NCBI GenBank assembly: GCA_947463135.1 | Contig: CANHTA010000001.1 | Coordinates: 44,332-108,331, forward strand | Reading direction: 5' to 3' | DNA: 64,000 nucleotides | DNA from: Gemmatimonadota bacterium | GTDB lineage: Bacteria > Gemmatimonadota > Gemmatimonadetes > Gemmatimonadales > Gemmatimonadaceae | Shown here: piece after piece, positions 56,987-64,000 of the stretch | Layout: every line of letters begins with the position of its first letter | Position numbering within the stretch: the first letter of the stretch is position 1 | Translations under genes and position numbers: made by a program | The notes under the pieces: model-generated | What the model was told of the DNA's origin: nothing | The model's input: only the letters and a program-made list of their open reading frames with translations | Databases searched by the model: none

Positions 56987-57858
56987 GCGCCGCGCCCGGA
57001 TCGTCTCCGGCTGCCCCTCCGATGCCGGTTGGCGCCGAACTGCACACGCGCGTGCACATTGAGGCGTGCGCACAGGTGGTGCGGGCGCGTTTTCCGCGGG
57101 CCATCGATGCGGCCATCATTCTCGGCACGGGCCTGAGTGGCTTGGCCACCGAGATCGAGGTGGAGCAGGTCATCGAGTATGCGGAACTCCCGAATTTTCC
57201 CGTGCCAACGATTGAGTCGCATCAGGGTCGGTTACTCTGTGGCACGCTGGGCGGAAAAACGGTGGTCGCCATGCAGGGCCGTTTTCATCGCTATGAGGGC
57301 TATTCACTGCAGCAGGTCACCTTCCCGGTGCGCGTCCTGCGCGCGTTGGGGGCGGACACGCTGATTGTGAGCAACGCCTGTGGCGGTATGCATCCGCTGT
57401 GGGCCGCGGGCGATCTCATGCTCATCTGCGACCATATCAACTTGCTTGGGGACAATCCGCTCATCGGACCCAACGACGACGCGCTTGGCCCCCGCTTCCC
57501 TGACATGTCAGCCCCCTACGATTCCGGGCTCCGTGCGCTCGCGCGGGAGGTGGCGGTTCAGCAGGGTATTCCGCTGCGCGAAGGCGTCTACGTGGCGGTG
57601 CAGGGGCCCAATCTGGAAACGCGCGCCGAGTATCGGTTTTTGCGTACGCTGGGCGCCGATGTGGTCGGCATGAGTACGGTGCCGGAGGTCATTGTGGCGC
57701 GGCACGGCGGGATGCGCGTGTTGGGATTATCCATCATTACCGATCAGTGCCTGCCTGATGCCCTTGAGCCGGCGAGCCTAGCCCAGATTCTGGGTGTGGC
57801 GCGTGTGGCTGAACCCAAGCTGACCGCCGTGGTGCGGGGGGTGATGGCGCGCTTGTAG
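56983..57858 (+). CDS. punA: purine-nucleoside phosphorylase (trimeric type)
   Basis: Motifs [31 protein letters not shown] and VGMSTVPEV. Confidence 0.93.
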   Translation: MSAAPGSSPAAPPMPVGAELHTRVHIEACAQVVRARFPRAIDAAIILGTGLSGLATEIEVEQVIEYAELPNFPVPTIESHQGRLLCGTLGGKTVVAMQGRFHRYEGYSLQQVTFPVRVLRALGADTLIVSNACGGMHPLWAAGDLMLICDHINLLGDNPLIGPNDDALGPRFPDMSAPYDSGLRALAREVAVQQGIPLREGVYVAVQGPNLETRAEYRFLRTLGADVVGMSTVPEVIVARHGGMRVLGLSIITDQCLPDALEPASLAQILGVARVAEPKLTAVVRGVMARL

Positions 57859-57924
57859 CGTCGCGTGTGGGCCCTGTACCCTCCGTTTCTCCGTTTGACT
57901 GACCGCTCCGAGTTCTCCGCTCTC

Positions 57925-60900
57925 ATGACTGCACCGCAGGACACTGTGTCGTATCCGCTGCTTCCCGACTCGGGCGCTGACGCCTTCGAGCAAGAGCTGC
58001 TCGTGCGCTGGAGCGCCGAGCAGCTGTTCGAACAGGTACAGGCCGCCCGCGCGGGCGCCACGCCGTTCGTGTTTTTTGAAGGGCCGCCCACCGCGAATGG
58101 TCGTCCCGGCATTCACCACGTGTTCTCACGCACCATTAAGGACCTCTTTTGCCGCCATCGGGCGATGCAGGGGTACTTCGTGCCGCGAAAGGCGGGGTGG
58201 GACACGCACGGCCTGCCGGTGGAGATTGAAGTGGAGAAGGAGCTGCAGCGCGAAGCTGCGGCGCAACAGGGCGTCGACCCATCCGACATCGCCAAGCTTG
58301 GCGGCAAGCAGCTCATCGAACAGACGGGCGTGGCGGAATTCAACCGTCGCTGCCGTGAGAGTGTGTTCAAGTATCGGGGCGACTGGGAGAAGCTGTCGCA
58401 GCGCACCGCGTACTGGTTGGACTACGGCGATCCCTATGTCACCTACTCACATAACTTTGTCGAGTCGGTGTGGTGGGCATTACGCACTCTGCATGAGAAG
58501 TCATTGTTGGTGCGTGGTCACAAAATTCTGCCGTATTGTGCCCGCTGCGGAACCGCCCTCTCCAGTCATGAAGTCGCGCAGGGCTATGACGACGTGGACG
58601 ATCCGAGCGTGTACGTGGCGCTCGATCTGCTCGATGCACAGGGGAACGCACCGGCGCAGCGGCGTCGTATTCTGGTATGGACAACGACCCCGTGGACACT
58701 GGTGTCGAACACGGCGCTGGCGGTGCATCCCACGCTGTCGTATGTCGAGCTCCGCAAGAAAACCGGCGCGGAGTGGACGATCCTCTTGGCCGAAGCGCGT
58801 GTGCCGGGTGTGCTCGGCGCCGATTGGGCCGATCGGTGGGAGGTGACCGCCCAGATGGCGGGAGCGGCGCTCTCCGGATTGCGCTATCGCCGCCCGTTGG
58901 ATTGGGTCCCGTATCCCGACGAGGGCCGTCATGAGGTCATCGTCACCGAAGACTTTGTGAGCGCTGAGGACGGGAGCGGCGTGGTGCATATGGCGCCGGC
59001 CTTCGGCGCCGATGACTACGCGGCGGGGCAGCGCCATGGGCTCGCCTTTCTGCAGCCCGTCACCGTGCGCGGGGAATTCAGCGACGACGTCCCGGAAGTG
59101 GGCGGCCTGTTTGTGAAGCAGGCGGACGCCCGCATTCTCGAGGTGCTCCGTGAGCGTGATGTGCTTTGGAAGGCCAGTACCTTCACGCACGCGTATCCAC
59201 ACTGCTGGCGCTGCGGCACACCGCTGCTGTATTACGCCCGCGGATCGTGGTTTGTGCGCACCACCGCCGTGCGTGACAGCCTCATGGCACGGAATGCCGC
59301 CGTGGATTGGCATCCCGACGAAGTTGGCACCGGTCGATTTGGGGAGTGGCTGGCCAATAACGTGGACTGGGCCATTTCGCGTGACCGCTATTGGGGCACA
59401 CCGCTCCCCGTGTGGGTGAACGATGAGGATGCCTCGGAGATCGAGGTCATCGGGAGCTACGCCGATCTGGCGGCACGCATCGGGCGGCCGTTGCCCGACG
59501 ACTTTGATCCGCACAAGCCGCACATCGACCAGTACACGTGGCCGGCTCCCTCAGGTCGGGGCACCATGCGGCGCGTCCCGGAAGTGATCGACACGTGGTT
59601 CGACTCGGGCTCCATGCCCTTTGCGCAGTGGCACTATCCGTTTGAAAATCGCGAGACGGTGGCCGCGCAGTTCCCGGCCGACTTCATCTGCGAGGGTGTT
59701 GATCAGACGCGAGGCTGGTTTTACTCGCTGCTGGCCATTGCCACGGGGTTGGGTGACGCGCTGCCCAACAACGCCGATGGCACGGCGGCCCCGTATCGGC
59801 ATGTTGTGGTCAACGATCTGGTGCTCGATGCGCAGGGCCAGAAGATGTCCAAGAGCAAGGGGAACACCGTTGATCCGTGGCAGGTGCTGGAGCGGCATGG
59901 CGCCGATGCGGTGCGTCTGTTTCTGGTGGCCACCAGTCAGGTGTGGGTGCCGCGAAGGTTCGATGAGAACGCCATCCGTGAAACGGCCGGGCGATTCCTG
60001 CTCACTTTCCGGAACGTGTACAACGGCATCTTCGCGCAGTACGCCAACTTCGGGTGGACGCCCAGCGCGCTCGATCCCGCAGTCGCCGATCGGCCGGCGC
60101 TCGACCGTTGGATTCTGTCGCGTCTCTCGCGGGTGGAGGCCGAGGTGGATCAGCATCTCACCCACTACGACGCGACCTTGGCGGCGCGGCGGGTGATGCA
60201 GTTTATGGATGATGACGTGTCGAAGTGGTACGTCCGTTTGTCGCGTGCGCGCTTTTACGCCATCGAGACCGGCGACAGCCGCGCGGCCTTCGCCACCTTG
60301 CATGAAGTCCTGGCCGTCACCTGTCGGTTGTTGGCCCCGTTTGCGCCCTTCATGACCGATGCGGTGCATCGGGCGCTCACCGGCACCTCGGTTCACCTGG
60401 CGTCGTACACCCGGGCGCACCCAACTCCGGTGGATGAGACGCTTGAGGCGGCGATGGACGAGATCCGGACGCTGGCGGGACTGGCCCGGGCGGCCCGCGA
60501 TGTGGCGGAGATCAACGTGCGACAGCCGCTGCTCTCGGTACAATGCGTGGTGCCCGGGAACCCCGGACCGGCCTCGGAGCTGGGCGCGCTGCTGGCCTCG
60601 GAAATCAACGTGAAACAGGTCGAGTTTGTGAGCTCAACCGACGCGTTGGTGTCGCTGGAGGTGAAGGGCAATTTCCGCACCCTTGGCAAGAAATTCGGGA
60701 AGGAAACCCCCCTCGTTGCGGCGGCCGTGCCGAACATGCCCGTCGAGCTCATCCGTGCCTTGGCGGGTGGCGAATCGGTCACAATCGAGGTGGAGGGGGT
60801 TCCGCGCTTGATTGCCCCCGACGACGTTGCCATCATCCGACGCGCCTCCGGCGCCGCCGTGGTGCAGGAGCATGGCGGCTTCGGGGTGGCGCTCGATCCA

Positions 60901-61218
60901 ACCATGACCCCCGCGTTACGGGCCGAAGGGTTGGCACGCGAAGTGATCAGTAAAGTGCAGCGGTTCCGGAAAGAGGCGCAGTTGGAGGTGAGTGACCGTA
61001 TCGCGGTGGCGATTGCCGGTGATGCGGAGTTGGAGGGCGCTGTGGCCACGCACCGTGATCACATCGCTGACGAGGTGCTGGCCGTGCGATTGGTGCTCGG
61101 CACGGAGGCTGGCTCGCCGTTCCATGAAAATGGCAACGGTTCCACGTGGACCGCGATGCAGGTGGTGGACGTCGATGGACGTTCGATCCGCCTCGCGCTC
61201 ACCAAGGAAGGGTCGTAA
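57925..61218 (+). CDS. ileS: isoleucyl-tRNA synthetase (type 2, long form)
   Basis: Motifs EGPPTANG.PG.HH, GWDTHGLPVE, WTTTPWTL, DWAISRDRYWGTP, EGVDQTRGWFY and KMSKS. Confidence 0.96.
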   Translation: MTAPQDTVSYPLLPDSGADAFEQELLVRWSAEQLFEQVQAARAGATPFVFFEGPPTANGRPGIHHVFSRTIKDLFCRHRAMQGYFVPRKAGWDTHGLPVEIEVEKELQREAAAQQGVDPSDIAKLGGKQLIEQTGVAEFNRRCRESVFKYRGDWEKLSQRTAYWLDYGDPYVTYSHNFVESVWWALRTLHEKSLLVRGHKILPYCARCGTALSSHEVAQGYDDVDDPSVYVALDLLDAQGNAPAQRRRILVWTTTPWTLVSNTALAVHPTLSYVELRKKTGAEWTILLAEARVPGVLGADWADRWEVTAQMAGAALSGLRYRRPLDWVPYPDEGRHEVIVTEDFVSAEDGSGVVHMAPAFGADDYAAGQRHGLAFLQPVTVRGEFSDDVPEVGGLFVKQADARILEVLRERDVLWKASTFTHAYPHCWRCGTPLLYYARGSWFVRTTAVRDSLMARNAAVDWHPDEVGTGRFGEWLANNVDWAISRDRYWGTPLPVWVNDEDASEIEVIGSYADLAARIGRPLPDDFDPHKPHIDQYTWPAPSGRGTMRRVPEVIDTWFDSGSMPFAQWHYPFENRETVAAQFPADFICEGVDQTRGWFYSLLAIATGLGDALPNNADGTAAPYRHVVVNDLVLDAQGQKMSKSKGNTVDPWQVLERHGADAVRLFLVATSQVWVPRRFDENAIRETAGRFLLTFRNVYNGIFAQYANFGWTPSALDPAVADRPALDRWILSRLSRVEAEVDQHLTHYDATLAARRVMQFMDDDVSKWYVRLSRARFYAIETGDSRAAFATLHEVLAVTCRLLAPFAPFMTDAVHRALTGTSVHLASYTRAHPTPVDETLEAAMDEIRTLAGLARAARDVAEINVRQPLLSVQCVVPGNPGPASELGALLASEINVKQVEFVSSTDALVSLEVKGNFRTLGKKFGKETPLVAAAVPNMPVELIRALAGGESVTIEVEGVPRLIAPDDVAIIRRASGAAVVQEHGGFGVALDPTMTPALRAEGLAREVISKVQRFRKEAQLEVSDRIAVAIAGDAELEGAVATHRDHIADEVLAVRLVLGTEAGSPFHENGNGSTWTAMQVVDVDGRSIRLALTKEGS

Positions 61219-61643
61219 TGGCTGGATCCAACGTCAGTAAGGACGTCAAGAAGTCGAAGCCGATGCCCAAGAAGCAGCTGCAGCACTTCGAGAAACGATT
61301 GCTCGAAGAACGCAAGCGCGTGCTGAAGGAGCTGGGGCACCACGGGGAAGCGTTCGGTCCGAATGGCGACGCTGACGGGGACACCAGCGCCTATTCCTTC
61401 CACATGGCCGATCAGGGCACCGACGCGATGGAACGCGAAAAGGCGTTTCTGTTTGCGTCGCAGGAAGGGCGCTTCCTTTTTCATATTGATCAGGCCTTAC
61501 GGCGTTTGTACAAGGCGCCGGAAACCTTCGGGAAGTGCCATCAGTGTGGGGAAGATATTGCCTTCGAACGACTCGACGCCTTGCCGCATGCACGCTATTG
61601 CTTTGCGTGTAAGCAGCGCGAGGAAGATGCCAAAAAGGGTTGA
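61218..61643 (+). CDS. TraR/DksA C4-type zinc finger protein
   Basis: Coiled coil with HMADQGTD at the tip, then CHQC...ERLDALPHARYCFAC. Confidence 0.9.
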   Translation: MAGSNVSKDVKKSKPMPKKQLQHFEKRLLEERKRVLKELGHHGEAFGPNGDADGDTSAYSFHMADQGTDAMEREKAFLFASQEGRFLFHIDQALRRLYKAPETFGKCHQCGEDIAFERLDALPHARYCFACKQREEDAKKG

Positions 61644-62154
61644 TGTGAAGGCGCTGGTCTCTCTCCCTGTGCTCCTGGTGGTCCTCGTCCTCGACTTGAT
61701 TACCAAAGCCGTCGCGGTCGCCACACTCGCCCCTGCCGGCGGACCGAATCCTGTGTTCGGGAACTGGTTCCGCTTCGCGCTGGTGTATAATCCCGGGGCG
61801 GCCTTCGGGCTGTACCTCGGCGATTATTCGCGGTGGATCTTTATGGCCCTCACCTGTGCCGCCATCATCATTTTGTGGCGCCTGTATCAGCAAACCGCGC
61901 ACGATGATGTGCGGAAGGCGCTGGCGGTATCCCTGGTGGCCGCCGGCGCGCTTGGCAACGTGATTGACCGCATCCGCTCGGACCTTGGTGTCGTGGACTT
62001 TATCGATATCGGCGTTGGCGTACATCGCTGGCCCACCTTCAATGTGGCCGACATGGCGGTCAGCGGCGGCGCGATCCTGTTGGCGCTGGTCCTCTGGCGT
62101 GAGGAACAGCAGGCCGCCGCGCCGGCTTCGGACTCTGTGGATCTCACGTCATGA
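61627..62154 (+). CDS. lspA: lipoprotein signal peptidase II, copy 1
   Basis: Motifs DLITK, NPGAAFG, GALGNVIDR, VVDFID and FNVAD. Confidence 0.92.
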   Translation: MPKRVDVKALVSLPVLLVVLVLDLITKAVAVATLAPAGGPNPVFGNWFRFALVYNPGAAFGLYLGDYSRWIFMALTCAAIIILWRLYQQTAHDDVRKALAVSLVAAGALGNVIDRIRSDLGVVDFIDIGVGVHRWPTFNVADMAVSGGAILLALVLWREEQQAAAPASDSVDLTS

Positions 62155-62702
62155 ATAACGCCACGCGTAGCGCCACCGCGGTGGCCGTGGTCACGGACGT
62201 GCCCGCCGCCGCATCCACCGTCCGCTTTTGGGCGGTGGTGCTGTTGATCACCGCCGTTGATGCCATCACGAAAGCGTTAGCGGTGGCGTATCTCACCCCG
62301 CGACATATCCCGCACCAGATCGTGGGTGATGTGGTGCGCTTTACCCTCGCCTACAATCCGGGGGCGGCGTTCGGGATGCACCTCGGTCCCGCGTCGCGCT
62401 GGATTTTCGCGGTGCTGAGCGTGGTCATTGTGGTTGTGCTGATCCGCAGCACCGCCGACCTCACGCGTATCTCGCGACTCGCCTCGATTGGGGTGCCCGT
62501 TGTGGTTGGCGGGGCCATCGGCAATCTGCTGGATCGCATTCGACTGCGAGACGGCGTCGTGGATTTTATCGACATCGGGTTCGGCGACGTCCGCTTCTGG
62601 ACGTTCAACGTAGCCGACACCGCCGTCACGCTCGGAGCAGGGTGTCTCATCATCGCATTGTGGCAGTTGGACAAAGCCCAGCAGCAAACCACCCCGTCGT
62701 GA
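62151..62702 (+). CDS. lspA: lipoprotein signal peptidase II, copy 2
   Basis: Motifs DAITK, NPGAAFG, GAIGNLLDR, VVDFID and FNVAD. Confidence 0.92.
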   Translation: MNNATRSATAVAVVTDVPAAASTVRFWAVVLLITAVDAITKALAVAYLTPRHIPHQIVGDVVRFTLAYNPGAAFGMHLGPASRWIFAVLSVVIVVVLIRSTADLTRISRLASIGVPVVVGGAIGNLLDRIRLRDGVVDFIDIGFGDVRFWTFNVADTAVTLGAGCLIIALWQLDKAQQQTTPS

Positions 62703-63757
62703 ACGTGGCGGGCAGTACGCCAACGGGTACCGTTCACGACGTACAGGTCTCGCACGATCAGGGCGACGCGGGTGATCGGCTCGATCTGCTCGTGGCCCGG
62801 CACTGCGGTGTGTCCCGGACTCAGGCGGCCACGCTGATCGCCACGGGGCAGGTCACGGTAAACGGCGCGGTTGAGAAAGCGTCCTATCGCGGCGTTGCCG
62901 GTGACCGGCTTCATGTGGTGATTCCGCCGCCGCCGGGTCGCGACATTGTGCCGGAGCAGATCCCCCTCGATATCGTCTACGAAGACGACTATCTGCTGGT
63001 TGTGAATAAGGCGGCCGGCATGGTGGTGCATCCGGCTCCCGGTAACTGGACCGGCACCTTGGTGAATGCCCTCATCGGCCGTGGTGAACCGTTGGCGGAT
63101 AGTGGCAGTGAAGAGCGGGCGGGGTTGGTACACCGGCTCGACAAGGACACGTCGGGGCTGTTAATCGTGGCCAAGACCGACGCGGCGCACCGCTCCCTCA
63201 GCGCGGCCCTGGCCGCGCGGCGGGTAACCCGCCGGTACGTGGCGCTCTGCTGGGGGCATCTCGCCACCGATCGGATGACGGTGGAGAAGCCCATTGGGCG
63301 CGACCCACGGGACCGCACGAAGATGACCATCGTCGCCGACGGACGGCCGTCGCGCACCGACTTCGTGCGGCTGGGCCGTTTTGATTCGGCAGACCTGCTG
63401 CGCGCTCATCTGCACAGCGGGCGGACGCACCAGATCCGCGTGCACCTCTCGTCCATTGGCCACCCCGTGGTTGGGGATGACAGCTACGGCGGCGGCGGCG
63501 GCCGGCGGCTGGTGGAATTGCCCGGGAAGCGGCATTTCCTCCACGCGGCGTGGTTGCGCTTCCGCCATCCGGTTACCGGCGTCCCCGTCGACCTGCGTTC
63601 ACCCCTCCCCGACGACCTGCGTCATTCCTTGTCGGTGGTCAGTCACATGCCGGAGCTCGCCACGCATCCGGATCCGCTCGACGTCTTCGGGTTCTACCAC
63701 ACCGATGAAGTCCTTCCCGGACACCAGCCTGACCAGCACGACGACGCCCTCGACTAG
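62699..63757 (+). CDS. rluD: RluA/RluD family 23S rRNA pseudouridine synthase with S4 domain
   Basis: S4 motif RLD...SR. Motifs VNKAAGMVVHP, VHRLDKDTSG, GRTHQIRVH and LHAAWL.F.HP. Confidence 0.92.
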   Translation: MNVAGSTPTGTVHDVQVSHDQGDAGDRLDLLVARHCGVSRTQAATLIATGQVTVNGAVEKASYRGVAGDRLHVVIPPPPGRDIVPEQIPLDIVYEDDYLLVVNKAAGMVVHPAPGNWTGTLVNALIGRGEPLADSGSEERAGLVHRLDKDTSGLLIVAKTDAAHRSLSAALAARRVTRRYVALCWGHLATDRMTVEKPIGRDPRDRTKMTIVADGRPSRTDFVRLGRFDSADLLRAHLHSGRTHQIRVHLSSIGHPVVGDDSYGGGGGRRLVELPGKRHFLHAAWLRFRHPVTGVPVDLRSPLPDDLRHSLSVVSHMPELATHPDPLDVFGFYHTDEVLPGHQPDQHDDALD

Positions 63758-64000
63758 CGACGAGACCGACGACCTGCGCCCCAAGGTGCTGGTCGTCGCG
63801 ACCGACCGGGATGCCTTCGGCATTCCGGTCGAGCAGGTCCGTGAGGTCATTCGCATGGGGGCACTGCATTGGGTGCCGGGCAGCCCCTCCGTCCTCCGCG
63901 GCATCACCAATGTGCGGGGGACCATTGTCACGGTGCTGGATCTTCAGGCGATTCTGTCGGGGGAACGTGCCGTTACGGCGGGGTCGATCGTCTTGTTGGA
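63705..64000 (+). CDS. cheW: CheW-domain protein (truncated by window end)
   Basis: Open frame from ATG 63705: ...FGIPVEQVREVI...VPGSPSVLRGITNVRGTIVTVLDL. Start uncertain. Confidence 0.8.
   Translation, partial: MKSFPDTSLTSTTTPSTSDETDDLRPKVLVVATDRDAFGIPVEQVREVIRMGALHWVPGSPSVLRGITNVRGTIVTVLDLQAILSGERAVTAGSIVLL

Noticed and set aside
25-63931. The several hundred other ORFs in the six-frame track, and the extended N-termini of real genes
   Set aside because: High GC content suppresses stop codons. These overlap well-supported genes in other frames and lack RBSs and family motifs.
1-64000. Prophage, IS element, integron, CRISPR array or rRNA operon
   Set aside because: No integrase, transposase, terminase or cas motifs, no repeat-spacer arrays and no rRNA signature sequences were seen. 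The GATCACCTCCT at 37479 is an isolated 11-mer, not a 16S gene end.

Overview
GC-rich bacterial chromosomal segment. Gene content and style suggest a Gemmatimonas-like (Gemmatimonadota) genome; this is inference only. Left to right: the 3' end of a probable TonB protein; a Tat-type amidase; a DUF1707/LiaF-like protein; a VPS10/BNR glycosyl-hydrolase-like protein; an S9 peptidase; four orphan genes; an intergenic cluster of DnaA boxes (oriC-like); a four-gene amide-ligase operon (RimK-like ATP-grasp, circularly permuted ATP-grasp, C26 gamma-glutamyl hydrolase, GCS2/YbdK ligase); HmuY-like lipoprotein plus TonB receptor; glgP-glgA-GH57; thrA-thrC and a degenerate SDR; MBL-rhodanese, mobA, YdeP-like molybdoenzyme, fdhD and DUF1080; an M28 peptidase; a small stand-alone transcript with a 21-codon ORF; a second S9 peptidase; a lectin-like protein; an in-frame nitronate monooxygenase-penicillin acylase fusion; a hotdog thioesterase; a CruG-like GT2; PfpI; glnK-amtB; a 51-aa membrane ORF; and a long housekeeping run tilS-hpt-ftsH-cdaA-DUF2723-yggS-divIVA-punA-ileS-dksA-lspA-lspA-rluD-cheW (partial). 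No rRNA, tRNA, CRISPR array, integrase or transposase was recognised. The best candidates for something undescribed are the amide-ligase operon, the small-ORF RNA at 37.3-37.6 kb, the oriC-like locus with its neighbouring clamp-motif protein, and the NMO-acylase fusion. All family calls come from motif recognition by eye; no database search was run.
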